Positions 38,336 through 48,408 are shown, numbered from the stretch's first letter. The stretch is DNA of 64,000 nucleotides from Candidatus Iainarchaeum sp. (GCA_016198125.1 JACQJG010000018.1:2843-66842), one strand, 5' to 3'. Notes: generated by a model not told the origin, from the letters alone. Program-made: numbers and translations.

Positions 38336-38793
38336 GGGCAGTCATTGACGCAGGTCCTATTATTCACTTGCGCGAGTTGGGCCTTCTCAGAGCCTTTAAT
38401 CCGTTTGAGCTTTTTACAGTTCCACTGGTTTTTAATGAAGTTAAAGTCCTGCCTTCTTTCATTTCAGTTGAAGCTGCGTTTGATGGAATGAAAGCCGATC
38501 TTATTGCCGCAGAGTGCGGGCTGGGTTTGGCGGAAAGCCAGTGCATGGCTTTGGCCAAGAAAAAGGAAATTTTGTTGTTTTTGACAGATGACCTGGACGC
38601 GCGTACAACAGCGGAGGCTTTGGGATTGGAACCCCACGGAACAATTGGAATTTTGTTGAAAGCATATCGCAAAGGCCTTTTTTCGCGTAAAGAAGTTGTG
38701 AGGCATATTCAAAGTATTCCACGAAAATCCACCCTGTATATTACACAGGAAATTATAGAGTATGTTGTCCGTGAGATCAAGCGTAAGAGGTAA
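38320..38793 (+). CDS. PIN-domain toxin (VapC/DUF3368-like)
   Basis: VIDAGPII, LTDD..AR, GTIGIL motifs. Confidence 0.85.
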   Translation: MGPKVRAVIDAGPIIHLRELGLLRAFNPFELFTVPLVFNEVKVLPSFISVEAAFDGMKADLIAAECGLGLAESQCMALAKKKEILLFLTDDLDARTTAEALGLEPHGTIGILLKAYRKGLFSRKEVVRHIQSIPRKSTLYITQEIIEYVVREIKRKR

Positions 38794-38800
38794 TGTTGAA

Positions 38801-39010
38801 ATGAAACCGTTTCCAAAGCCAAATCCAAAATCAAAGCAAGAACCTGAATATCCTTCCAGGCACGTGCGCGTGTGCCCTCAATGCGGTTCTATGCATGTTA
38901 AAGAGTACATGGGGGGCGTGTTGGGCCAAAAGTTTCAGTGCATGGAATGCGGGTACATTGGCCCGGTATTGGAATCTTTGAAGGGTTTTTTTAGGGAAGG
39001 GAAAAAGTGA
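38801..39010 (+). CDS. Small zinc-ribbon protein
   Basis: CPQCGS...CMECGY. Confidence 0.75.
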   Translation: MKPFPKPNPKSKQEPEYPSRHVRVCPQCGSMHVKEYMGGVLGQKFQCMECGYIGPVLESLKGFFREGKK

Positions 39011-39019
39011 GGGCGTGCA

Positions 39020-39904
39020 ATGCCGGTCGTTGAATGCTTGGATGTTGGGGGCACGCACACCCGGTATGCGTTGATTGAAAATGAAAAGGTGCTGGTCAAA
39101 GAACGTGTTGAAACACGCTGTGAAAACGCGCAGGGTTTGCTGGACTTCATTCAGGAAGTGTGCGTGCGCAACCGTTCGCGCGCAGGCGTTTCTGGAGTGA
39201 ATGTTTCATGTGCGGTGCTTCCAGGGCCTGTCCGGAAAGGAGTGTTGCTGAACGCGCCTCCCTTGGGTTTGCAGTACCCGCTTGATTTTTCCTGTTTGGA
39301 AGGCGTGCTGGGCAATGCAGTGATAATTGAGAATGACTTGAATGCAGCCGTGCGCACGGAATTAGAGAAAGGGGTTGGAAGAACCGTGGATTCGTTTTAC
39401 CTGTTGGCGTTGAGTACAGGGATTGGTGCGGGGATTGTGTTGAATGGAAAGGCTGTGAAAGGTCTGGCCGGGGAGTTTGGGCACTGTGTGTTGGACGCGT
39501 CCTCCAATGCCTTTTTGTGTGCGTGCACGCGCAGGGGGTGTTGGAGCGCGTACAGCAGCGGGAAAGGGCTTGAAATGCAGGCACGCGCGAATGGCTTTGA
39601 ATGGAGTGCCAGCGGGGTGTTTGATCATGCCTTGAACGGCCATGAAATTGCGTGTGAAATTGTAAAGCGTGCGCGTGCGTTCAATGCGCGTGGATTGGGG
39701 GTTATGGTGAATGCCTTGGAAGTGCAGGCCATTGTGGTGATGGGTTCCCTGGGCTTGAACCGGTTTAAGGAAGTTGTTCCGCTCCCTGGGGAAGTGGGTT
39801 GTTTTACCGTTAATCCAGTGCCGCGCATCGTAAAAACAGCGTTGGCCGACGACCTGGGATGGGAGGGCGCGTATTTTCTTGGAATGGACTTTCTTGACAG
39901 GTAA
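39020..39904 (+). CDS. ROK family sugar kinase
   Basis: DVGGT, END, STGIGAG, GEFGH, CACTRRGC motifs. Confidence 0.9.
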   Translation: MPVVECLDVGGTHTRYALIENEKVLVKERVETRCENAQGLLDFIQEVCVRNRSRAGVSGVNVSCAVLPGPVRKGVLLNAPPLGLQYPLDFSCLEGVLGNAVIIENDLNAAVRTELEKGVGRTVDSFYLLALSTGIGAGIVLNGKAVKGLAGEFGHCVLDASSNAFLCACTRRGCWSAYSSGKGLEMQARANGFEWSASGVFDHALNGHEIACEIVKRARAFNARGLGVMVNALEVQAIVVMGSLGLNRFKEVVPLPGEVGCFTVNPVPRIVKTALADDLGWEGAYFLGMDFLDR

Positions 39905-39965
39905 GGGGAAACATGCAAACGTTAAAATGCTTTAACATTCATTGTTTTTGTACAGGTTTTTCTTC

Positions 39966-41504
39966 ATGGCGTTGGACAAGGAACTGGGAACAATTGTTTC
40001 AACCCCTGAAAGCCCTTCCCCTTCTGCATTGGATTTTGTAGTCACAAAGGGGGTGGTTCACCGGGGGCAATTTGTGGAATTGGAGTACCCGGAAGGGATT
40101 ATGATTGCGTGGGTATTGGACGTGTTCAAAACCAACAAGTACTTTGAACGCGCGGATGCAGTGAAGGAATTTGAATCCAATGGCTCCAAGTTGAATGACC
40201 AGTTCCCGGTTTCCGAGTGGGAGTTTTTAATGGCCAAAGCCAAGCCTTTGGGCGTTTTTCTTGGAAAGCAGTTTAAGCGGCCTTCCATTCCGCCTTCTCC
40301 CGGCACCAAAGTTTTTGTTGCCTCTGACGAGCATTTGATTTCCTTTTTGGGCTTGGACATGGAGAACGGGTTGCTGGTAGGCAGCATGGAATTTCATGAT
40401 GTTCCTGTAAAACTGAATTTGACGCGGCTCCTGCAAAAGCATTGCGCGGTTTTAGCCATGTCGGGTGCAGGAAAATCGATTTTCTGCACGGATTTGCTTG
40501 AGGAACTCCTTTTTCGCAAACGGGAAGCTGGCCGATTAGCCGCATTCGTATTCGATGTTCATGGCGAATACTCTTCCTTGGCCGAGCCTGCGGAAAAGCC
40601 TTTCAGGGATTTTTCAAATCAGACGCGCTGGGTTAAGGCGCGCGACATTAAGATTGCAGTTTCAAAGCTTTCTCCGTATGTCCTGGCAGGGTTCATGCCC
40701 AACATGTCTTCCGTTCAAAAGCGCGAGCTTGCGCGCGTATTTGAATCCCTGCACAAGTCCATGCGCGATGGCAATGGCCCTTTTGATTTGCGGGACGTGC
40801 GTTCATTGTTGGTGGAAGACAAGGAGTTGAAGGACAATGTAAAAACGTCTTTGCTGGGGTGGTTGCATGAGTTGGAAGAACTCAAGTTGTTTGACAAAAT
40901 CGACCGGCCTTCAATAGTTGACCTTGCCAAGCCCGGCACGCTTTCAGTCATTGACTTGTCCGATATTACGAATTTGAAAAAAAAGCAGGTGATTGTATCC
41001 TACTTTTCCGGGGCATTGTTTTACCTGCGCCGGGATAAAAAAGTCCCCCCCGTGGTGTTGGTGGTGGAGGAATCCCATCAGTTCATTCCGGAGGGCACTT
41101 CAAAGGAAGGCGCGTTGTCCAAGTCCATGCTGCGCACGATTGCGCGCGAGGGAAGAAAATTCGGGTGCTCGTTGTGCCTTGTTTCCCAGCGTCCCATTCA
41201 ATTGGACACCACTACATTGTCCCAGTGCAATACGCATGTGTACTTGCGCATCACCAATCCTTATGACTTGGACCACATTGCCAAGACCAGCGAGGGCTTT
41301 GACTCGCGGAGCACGGACATTATTTCCTCGCTTAAAGTGGGGGAAGCGTTGATTGCAGGCGAAGCGTTGAATTTTCCCGTGTTCCTGCGCGTGCGCCAGC
41401 GCCTTTCCCAGCCATCAAAGCATGAACGCTCATTGGAGCAGGCCGCGCGCGAGTTTGAAGAATCCAGTGAAAAGGCGCGCGCGGAAGCAAAAGAATTTCT
41501 TTGA
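39966..41504 (+). CDS. herA: HerA helicase/ATPase
   Basis: N-terminal HAS barrel, AMSGAGKS, DVHGEY, EESH, REGRKFG, SQRP. Confidence 0.92.
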   Translation: MALDKELGTIVSTPESPSPSALDFVVTKGVVHRGQFVELEYPEGIMIAWVLDVFKTNKYFERADAVKEFESNGSKLNDQFPVSEWEFLMAKAKPLGVFLGKQFKRPSIPPSPGTKVFVASDEHLISFLGLDMENGLLVGSMEFHDVPVKLNLTRLLQKHCAVLAMSGAGKSIFCTDLLEELLFRKREAGRLAAFVFDVHGEYSSLAEPAEKPFRDFSNQTRWVKARDIKIAVSKLSPYVLAGFMPNMSSVQKRELARVFESLHKSMRDGNGPFDLRDVRSLLVEDKELKDNVKTSLLGWLHELEELKLFDKIDRPSIVDLAKPGTLSVIDLSDITNLKKKQVIVSYFSGALFYLRRDKKVPPVVLVVEESHQFIPEGTSKEGALSKSMLRTIAREGRKFGCSLCLVSQRPIQLDTTTLSQCNTHVYLRITNPYDLDHIAKTSEGFDSRSTDIISSLKVGEALIAGEALNFPVFLRVRQRLSQPSKHERSLEQAAREFEESSEKARAEAKEFL

Positions 41505-41673
41505 CTCGGCCTTTTTGGGAAAAAGGCCTGCGAAAAGCCTTTTTGCTTTGGCAAAAAGCCTTGGGAAAAAAGCGGGATATTGTGTTGCAATACCCCTCTA
41601 ATATCAACACCCTTCAAGGCGCGCTTTCCTCAATGAAGACACCCCTGCCTTTAGTCGGGGGGGGATGTCCTTT

Positions 41674-42048
41674 TTATTTTGTAGTAAGGTACGCGATTGG
41701 AATGAGCCCAAGCACGGCGCCTCCTAGAAGGATAAGCAATGCGCTCAGAAGCACAAAGCCAATGCTTTTGAGGTCGTTAAATCTTTTTTTTGCCTTTAGG
41801 ATTATTGTGCCAAGGGCGATGACAAAAATCGCGGCCACTCCCGCACCATACCGCGTGCCTGTTTGAAATGCGTTTTCGAAGTTTTCCAGGGGGGTGAATG
41901 CCCCCAGCACGCCCCCAACGACTCCCCCTGCAAGAGCCACGAGTACCAGATATGCAAAATAGAACCCAACTCCTTGCACGGGCGTTCTTTTTAATTTGAA
42001 TGTTGTAAGCCCGTAAAACATTCCCTGACCGGCTTTTTTCCTGACCAT
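41674..42048 (-). CDS. Small membrane protein
   Basis: Three hydrophobic helices. Confidence 0.65.
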   Translation of the reverse strand: MVRKKAGQGMFYGLTTFKLKRTPVQGVGFYFAYLVLVALAGGVVGGVLGAFTPLENFENAFQTGTRYGAGVAAIFVIALGTIILKAKKRFNDLKSIGFVLLSALLILLGGAVLGLIPIAYLTTK

Positions 42049-42169
42049 GGCTGAAATACAATGCCCGGCTTATTAACCTTTGTTTTGGCCCTCCAAGCCA
42101 TATGCTATGAGATTCACCGGCAATGCACGCCCTCACGGCGTATTTAAACCATTAAAACGAGGGTTGTGC

Positions 42170-43681
42170 ATGTCCGCTCCCAATACGTTTGCCTTGTCCA
42201 AGGTAACCTATTTTCCTGAGAAGCGTTCAGTTCACGTGGAGTTTTGCAATTCCCTTCACCGCGTTTCGCGTGCGTTCCCGTTCTTTCCCTCTTTTTTTGT
42301 TTCCAATGCTGTTTCAAGGGAATTGTTGGACAACGTGTTAAGCTTGTATGACCGCAAGCGGTTCAAGGTAGTGCAACACCCGTATTCCTTTGAGGTGCAG
42401 GCCGCTACTTTTGAGCATTTAAAAGAGTTGGCGCGCTTAGTGGAAGAATGCACTGCGCAACCGGTTTCCATCATGGAATCCGAACGCCAGTTCTTGTGTG
42501 CACAGAATTGGAGTTACTGGGATGTTTTTGCCCAAAGCCCCGAGGGAACGCTTTCTCCAAGTTCTTCCCTGTTGGAGGATTGCCGGTTGGATTTCTTTTC
42601 AGATGGGTTGTTTGAAACCCTTTCAAGGCTTTCCAGGAGCGACCCTGAAAGGGAAAAAGCGCTTTCACATTCCCTTGCATTGTCCAACGTGTTGCGCGTT
42701 CCAGTGCCCTTTGTTCCCATGCACCGTTCCGGGCAGGCCGCGTTGTGGCTTGAAAATACCTGTTTTTCGCATGCCTTTGCTTTTCCTTCAATGGAAAACC
42801 TCCAGGGCCTGGTTTCTAAACGCGTCCGCATGCCCCGGTGGGAGCGAAACATTACCCAAGTGCGTTTTAACGCGTTGTGGAGCAGTTTGTGTTCGCTGAA
42901 TTTTTACAATTTAGGTTTGGAAACCGTGGATTGTCCTTGTTGTGTCCCCCTAAGCGTGCGTTCATTCAACGTGCTTCCGCATTCCCTTGTAAAAGTGCGC
43001 TTTTTGGAGGACGCATTCTTTTTTGTTACCCGCCTGGCTTCGTGGGGGGATTATTTTCATGGCAGGCTCCCGGCAAGGTACGCGCGTGAACGCTTCCAGC
43101 AGGAACAAGGGCTTTCATCGCCTGCCATGGGGCCCTTTTACAGGAATCAAGTGGAGTCCATTCCATGGGTGGATGCCCAGGAATTGGAACGCGAAGGAGT
43201 GGTGCGGGTAGTGGATGAACGCGCGGAATGGCATTGGCATTGTGTGAAGAAAGAATCTTTTTTTGCTTTGGACTTAAGTCGTTTGAATGTCCTTGCCGGG
43301 AAAGCGCGTGCGCTTGCTTCCAAGATGGAAGAAGCAGGTATTCAATCCAATGGCCTGCGTGCTTCCCTGGTATTGCAGGGTAATGGACGTTTTCTGGCAT
43401 TGCGTGCCCTGGAAAGAGAAGCCCGTGCCCTGTGGGTTTTTTTGCCTGGTTTTTTAAAGCACGTTCCTTGTTTTGGGCGTGCACTTGAAGGCATTCAAGC
43501 CCGTGTGCTTGAACAGTTTTCCAATGCCTCGTTAAAGGAGGGAGTGCGGCCTGTACAGGTGAGTGCCCAGCAGGCGTGGGTGCAGGGATCCAATGTACTG
43601 GGCGTATTGCAGGGTTTTGCGCGTTCCGAGCGCATGCCTGTTCCCGAGGTTGGAAACAAATATCCCTGGCGAAGGGTTTGA
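42170..43681 (+). CDS. Inactivated family B DNA polymerase (PolB2-like)
   Basis: QVRFNALWSS...YNLGLETVDCPCC resembles motif A region DFxSLYPS...NISPETxxCxCC; N-terminal FPFFPSFFV; catalytic Asp residues absent. Confidence 0.6.
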   Translation: MSAPNTFALSKVTYFPEKRSVHVEFCNSLHRVSRAFPFFPSFFVSNAVSRELLDNVLSLYDRKRFKVVQHPYSFEVQAATFEHLKELARLVEECTAQPVSIMESERQFLCAQNWSYWDVFAQSPEGTLSPSSSLLEDCRLDFFSDGLFETLSRLSRSDPEREKALSHSLALSNVLRVPVPFVPMHRSGQAALWLENTCFSHAFAFPSMENLQGLVSKRVRMPRWERNITQVRFNALWSSLCSLNFYNLGLETVDCPCCVPLSVRSFNVLPHSLVKVRFLEDAFFFVTRLASWGDYFHGRLPARYARERFQQEQGLSSPAMGPFYRNQVESIPWVDAQELEREGVVRVVDERAEWHWHCVKKESFFALDLSRLNVLAGKARALASKMEEAGIQSNGLRASLVLQGNGRFLALRALEREARALWVFLPGFLKHVPCFGRALEGIQARVLEQFSNASLKEGVRPVQVSAQQAWVQGSNVLGVLQGFARSERMPVPEVGNKYPWRRV

Positions 43682-43795
43682 AGAATGCCTTTTTAAAGCT
43701 TTTGGGGGCTGTTTTCTTTTACGTTTTTGGAATCCTTTTTTTGGGTTTATTAGTGATTGCATTCTTGGAATGTAAGGGAAAGGAGTTTTTTTGAC

Positions 43796-44002
43796 ATGGA
43801 GCGTTTGACGCGGTTTGAATACACGCGGTTGGTTAGCGCGCGTGCCCTGCAATTGTCTTTGGGGGCTTCTCCCTTGGTTAAACACGAAAAGGGTTTGACG
43901 GTGTATGAGATTGCCAAAAAGGAATTGGATGACAAGGTCATTCCGTTGGCTGTAATCCGAACGTATCCTACAGGAACCATTCAACGCGTGGAAGTGGTAT
44001 GA
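43796..44002 (+). CDS. rpo6: RNA polymerase subunit Rpo6 (K)
   Basis: LTRFEYTRLVSARALQL. Confidence 0.93.
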   Translation: MERLTRFEYTRLVSARALQLSLGASPLVKHEKGLTVYEIAKKELDDKVIPLAVIRTYPTGTIQRVEVV

Positions 44003-44003
44003 G

Positions 44004-44306
44004 ATGGGGAAAGCAGTGCCCAAAGGGGTAAAGCGAAAGGCCGCGTTGTTGATGACTGAGTTTCCAAAGGAGTTTGGGGATTTTGAAAAAAACAAGGTTT
44101 TTTTGTCTTCGTTGAAAATTCCGTTTGACAAGATTACTCGAAACCTGGTGGCTGGTTTTATTGCCAGGGAAAACCGTAAAGCCCATGAAAAGGCCCGGGC
44201 AGAGGAAGCTTCAAGGAAAAAGGCATTGGAAGCAGCCATGGCGCCAAAGCCCAAGCCTGTGATTTCCACTCAAACGCCAGAAACTCTTCCCACTCCAAGC
44301 TCTTGA
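44004..44306 (+). CDS. rps17e: 30S ribosomal protein S17e with C-terminal extension
   Basis: DFEKNK, RNLVAGFI motifs. Confidence 0.88.
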   Translation: MGKAVPKGVKRKAALLMTEFPKEFGDFEKNKVFLSSLKIPFDKITRNLVAGFIARENRKAHEKARAEEASRKKALEAAMAPKPKPVISTQTPETLPTPSS

Positions 44307-44327
44307 TTCTTTTTCAGGGTCTTTTTA

Positions 44328-46694
44328 TTATTCCATTTCACGCATTTCAATGGGAATTTCTCTTTTTTCGGGTTTTGTCAACCCGTCAACGTTTTTGTCG
44401 CGTTGTAACACGTAAAGAGTGCTGGTTGCAGCCTTTTCCACTTCGGGGTTGTGCGTGATGATAAAAATTTGTTCTACAAGCCCGGGCAAATGGGTTTTCA
44501 TGAGGCGTGAAAGCCTGTCCACTGTTTTAACATCCAAATTATGCGTGGGTTCATCCAGGATGATCCAGCTCAACTGCCGGGTTAAAACAAGGGCAATGGC
44601 CATGCGCAGGGTCAATGCAACGGCGCTTCGTTCTCCGCCCGAGAGAATGCCTTCTGCCCGCACCCATTCTCCGGAGCGTTCGCGTACTTTTACTTCATAG
44701 TTTCCTTCTTCGATTTGAATGCGCGCGCACGTGTAATCCTCGTAGGGATACAAGTGCGGCCACAGGTTTTCCATTCCCTGGTTGATGGCCGTTAGCATGG
44801 TTTCGCGCAATTGTATTTGGGTTTCCTTTAGCGCGTTCACAAAGAACCCCATTTTTTGCGCGCTGTTTTCCAGGCGTTGAATGCGCTGGCCTTCTCCTTC
44901 AAGTTGGGCTTGGATTTTTTGAAGGCGTTCCAGGGCCTGTCTTGTTTCGCGCGCGTTTTCCTTTAATCCAAGCAGTTCCTTTTCCAGGGCCGCGTGTTGC
45001 GCGTTCATGCGTGCAGCGTGCGCGCGCGTGCGCGTTGCCTCTTCCTCGTTGTACGCCAGTGCTTCGAGTTTGAATGCGAGTTCGTGCACGCGCTGACCGC
45101 ACTGGCCTGCTTCTTTTTGAATGCCGATCAGTTCCACGGCCATTCGTATGCGTTCAAGGTCTTTTTCTATTTTTTCGCGCGTTCCTTTCCACGCGTTTTC
45201 ATTCCATTCTTTGGCGCGTGCTTCCAGGTTTTGGGCTTTTTCTTCGCAGTCAAGCACTCGTTTTTTGAGTTCTTCGACTTCCTCGAGTGTTCGGCCTGCC
45301 GCTTTGAGGTCCAGCTGCTCGCCTTTTTTTCTTTCAAGCGTTGCTTCCAGGTTTTCAAGTTTTTCTTCCAGTGCGCGTGCTCTTTTCTTAATGGCCTGGT
45401 GGCCGTGCCGTGCATCCTCCAATTCCTTTTCAGCGGTCTTTTTGAGTTCGTGTATTTCCTTTTCTTTGAGTGGCTTGCTGCACACTGGGCACTGGGGGCC
45501 GGTTTCATCGAGTTTTTCAACGCGTTCTTTCATGATTTCAATTTTTTCGTTCAATGCGCTTTCCTCTTTGCTTGCGTGTTGAAACTCCTGTTTTCCGGTT
45601 GAGCGTTCTTTTTCGAGTTCTTCAAGTGCTTTGGCGATTAAATTTTTTTGTTCCTGTAATTCCTCTTTTGATTGCGCGGGCATGCTTTTTGCACGGACTC
45701 CGGCCTGTTTTCTTGCATCGTGTGCGCGTTCCCGGAATGACTGGGCTTCGAGTGCGGTTTTTTGTGCTTTCAGGCGCTGGTCTTCCAGTTCTTTTCGTTG
45801 GCGTTCAAGTTCTTCCTGGGCATGTCGGGCTTCTTGTTCTGTCTGAAAGGGGTGTCCTGCAAGGTTTTTTTCAAGTTCTTTTACCCGGTCTTCCAGTGAT
45901 TCCCTGCGCCCGCGCGTCCTGTGCAATTCCTCTTTGAGTCTGGAATACTCCTTTTCAATCGCGTTGAGTGCTCGCAGGGTTTCCTGTAGTTTTGCGTCTT
46001 CTGCTTTCAGGCGTTCCAGGTCCGATTGCACGTCCAATGCCTGTTTTTCCTTTCTTGCCAGGCGCTCGTGCAATTCGGTTAAATCGTTCACGTTGAATTG
46101 CGTGGAAAGGTCTTCAAGCCATTTTCTCTTTTCTTCGGCTTCTTTTTTCAGGCGGTTTTGCACGTTTACGCTGTTGGACCGCACTTCTTCGTATTTGTCG
46201 AGGCCCAGTAATTCATCGAATTTGGCTTTGCGCTGGCCGGGGTTTAATTTCAGGAAGTAATCCACTTGGTTTTGTTCTGCGTACACGGCGCGTGCAAACA
46301 GGTCATAATTCATTTCAAGAATGCTTTGAATGCGTGCGTTGACTTCCTGCACTTTGGGGCCTGCGAGGAGGCGCTGGTTTTCCCACACCTTGGCTTCATT
46401 GGTTCCGTTGGCTTTAATTACGCGTTCTACCAGGTACTGTTTTTTTTCGTACTCGAACTCCAGTTTTATGCGCGCGCTTTCGGCTTTGAAGGGCTTGCGC
46501 GTGAGCACTTCTTTTAACGCCACTTCTCTTCCCTGCAGTGCAGGAAACGTTCCAAACAATGCAAAGCAAATAGCATCCATTACGCTGGACTTGCCGCTTC
46601 CCAGCACTCCAATCAATACGTTTGTTCCCGGTCCAAACTCCATGCGCGTTTTGTGGTGGGTTTTCCAGTTTTCAAGTTCAATGCACGTGATCAT
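44328..46694 (-). CDS. rad50: Rad50 ATPase
   Basis: GSGKSS Walker A, CPVC zinc hook, LSGGE, ILDEPT.NLD, ITH. Confidence 0.92.
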   Translation of the reverse strand: MITCIELENWKTHHKTRMEFGPGTNVLIGVLGSGKSSVMDAICFALFGTFPALQGREVALKEVLTRKPFKAESARIKLEFEYEKKQYLVERVIKANGTNEAKVWENQRLLAGPKVQEVNARIQSILEMNYDLFARAVYAEQNQVDYFLKLNPGQRKAKFDELLGLDKYEEVRSNSVNVQNRLKKEAEEKRKWLEDLSTQFNVNDLTELHERLARKEKQALDVQSDLERLKAEDAKLQETLRALNAIEKEYSRLKEELHRTRGRRESLEDRVKELEKNLAGHPFQTEQEARHAQEELERQRKELEDQRLKAQKTALEAQSFRERAHDARKQAGVRAKSMPAQSKEELQEQKNLIAKALEELEKERSTGKQEFQHASKEESALNEKIEIMKERVEKLDETGPQCPVCSKPLKEKEIHELKKTAEKELEDARHGHQAIKKRARALEEKLENLEATLERKKGEQLDLKAAGRTLEEVEELKKRVLDCEEKAQNLEARAKEWNENAWKGTREKIEKDLERIRMAVELIGIQKEAGQCGQRVHELAFKLEALAYNEEEATRTRAHAARMNAQHAALEKELLGLKENARETRQALERLQKIQAQLEGEGQRIQRLENSAQKMGFFVNALKETQIQLRETMLTAINQGMENLWPHLYPYEDYTCARIQIEEGNYEVKVRERSGEWVRAEGILSGGERSAVALTLRMAIALVLTRQLSWIILDEPTHNLDVKTVDRLSRLMKTHLPGLVEQIFIITHNPEVEKAATSTLYVLQRDKNVDGLTKPEKREIPIEMREME

Positions 46695-46768
46695 TCAATT
46701 AGACTTATTCCGGGTGAAATGGTTTTAAGGCCCTCGGACAAGCAAAAAAGAAAAATGCGTTATGTATA

Positions 46769-47155
46769 TTATGGGTGTTTGTATTTCATGCGCGTGCCTG
46801 GCTTGTTTGCAGGCCCGTAGGGGTGCATGCGATTACGGATTTTTGTGGTGCGCATGCGTTTTCTTCCCAGGCCTGGGATGAGCGTGGGCATATGGGTTCC
46901 AACCAAATTGCCGTGCTTGTCTATGTACACAAACGTGAACTGTTCCAGGAACGTTTTCAGCTTTTTATTGCGCCGTGATTCCTCTCCCAAGGCCTTTCCC
47001 ACGTCAATGGTGTGGGACTTGATTTTTTTGAGAATTCCTCTATACGTTGCCGGGTATTGGGCGCTGAGCGCGCGGTTCTTGCGCATGTCCAATAAGTAGG
47101 TTATGCGCTTGTGCGATTCCGCGTTCAGCTTTTCCGGGTATTTGGGTCGTGCCAT
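46769..47155 (-). CDS. Hypothetical basic protein (MARPK leader)
   Basis: 128-aa R/K-rich ORF. Confidence 0.6.
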   Translation of the reverse strand: MARPKYPEKLNAESHKRITYLLDMRKNRALSAQYPATYRGILKKIKSHTIDVGKALGEESRRNKKLKTFLEQFTFVYIDKHGNLVGTHMPTLIPGLGRKRMRTTKIRNRMHPYGPANKPGTRMKYKHP

Positions 47156-47210
47156 GGTAAGTCAGGGAATTGGAAGGAGTTGGGTCTTTAAATGTTTTTT
47201 GCATGGTTGC

Positions 47211-47471
47211 CTATAAAAGGTCCATGCGTTCCACTTCAACTTGTTCCACGCCTTGCACGCGTTTAAGTGCCATAGTAAGCCTTTCAATGGCCCCAGCGTC
47301 CTTGTCTTCTATTACATAGGCTGCTTTTACAATGCTGGCTCCAAATCCAATGGGAACCAGCTGGCAGTCTTTGAATCCTTCCAATGCCAGGCCTTTAACA
47401 CTTTCCATGATTTTAGGGGATTCTTCCACGTCCACAGGGCTGATGCGAAATACGACCAATGCTTTTCCCAT
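47211..47471 (-). CDS. ef1b: Elongation factor 1-beta
   Basis: PIGFG motif, VEQVEV; follows the zinc-finger gene. Confidence 0.88.
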   Translation of the reverse strand: MGKALVVFRISPVDVEESPKIMESVKGLALEGFKDCQLVPIGFGASIVKAAYVIEDKDAGAIERLTMALKRVQGVEQVEVERMDLL

Positions 47472-47487
47472 GTCTTAAAACCCCTGT

Positions 47488-47643
47488 TTATGGACCTGTA
47501 AACCCGCATTCCGGGCATGTATAGGTTTTCGCGGTTTGCCGGCAGTGCTTGCACCGTAAAATGGTGTGCTTGGCGCACTTGGGGCACTTGAATTCCACGA
47601 AGTCTTTTAACACGAGCGTATTGCAACTTGAACAAACCGCCAT
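47488..47643 (-). CDS. Zinc-finger small protein (DUF1610/HVO_2753-like; not in the ORF track)
   Basis: MAVCSSC...FKCPKC...RCKHCR...YTCPECGFTGP; conserved upstream of EF-1beta. Confidence 0.9.
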   Translation of the reverse strand: MAVCSSCNTLVLKDFVEFKCPKCAKHTILRCKHCRQTAKTYTCPECGFTGP

Positions 47644-47717
47644 TTCATTCAAACTCCTTTTTTTTGGCTTTAAAGTACGTACTTTTAATAGGTGCTTGGT
47701 TTAAAAACGTTTATAAT

Positions 47718-47792
47718 GGCCCCGTAGCTTAGTCTGGATAGAGTGTCGGGCTTCGGACCCGAAGGTCGGGGGTTCAAATCCCTCCGGGGTCG
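47718..47792 (+). tRNA. tRNA-Arg(TCG)
   Basis: GGCCCCG acceptor stem, TCGGG-CTTCGGA-CCCGA anticodon arm, GGTTCAAATCC T arm. Confidence 0.95.
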
Positions 47793-47799
47793 CTAGAAT

Positions 47800-48408
47800 A
47801 TGAGCAATATCGAAGAAAGTACCCGTCAATCGGCCAAAGAAGAAGCTGTCAAGCTTGCGTTAACGCGCGGAATGGCCCTCATCCGAAGAGATTTGGAAAT
47901 TCATGGAATGTTTGCCAATGGAGAAACCCGGTTTATCAGCCGATCAACCGATTATGATTCCCTATGGAAGGATGCATTGAACGTCCTCCAAAAGGGAAAT
48001 GAGAATCAAAAAATGAAAAAGAACGTCCTTTCCATTGAAATCAAAGCCCCGGTCGAAGCCGTCTTTGAGTTCACACGCAATCCCAACAATTCCCCAAAAT
48101 GGGTCCCCAATATTCTGGAGGAAAAGATTGACACGCCCAGCACAGAAATTGGAACGATTTACCGGCAAAAAATAAAAGAGGGGGGTAAAGTCAGGGACTC
48201 CGCCATTGTAGTTACAGGGTACGTGGAAAACGAGCGGTTGGACTTTCACGCGGTGAACGGGGCGTATTCATGTTCATATATGTATCAGAAGACGCCAAGT
48301 GGGACGCGGTTAACTTATTCCGAAGAGAATGGGGTGGATGGCGAAATTGATGGGCCGTTTTCCATGGCAATTTTAGAAAAACTCAAACAATTAATAGAAG
48401 AAGGCTAA
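47800..48408 (+). CDS. SRPBCC/START-domain protein with about 70-aa N-terminal extra domain
   Basis: IEIKAPVEAVFEF..NP.N.PKW SRPBCC start; GTRLTY. Confidence 0.75.
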   Translation: MSNIEESTRQSAKEEAVKLALTRGMALIRRDLEIHGMFANGETRFISRSTDYDSLWKDALNVLQKGNENQKMKKNVLSIEIKAPVEAVFEFTRNPNNSPKWVPNILEEKIDTPSTEIGTIYRQKIKEGGKVRDSAIVVTGYVENERLDFHAVNGAYSCSYMYQKTPSGTRLTYSEENGVDGEIDGPFSMAILEKLKQLIEEG

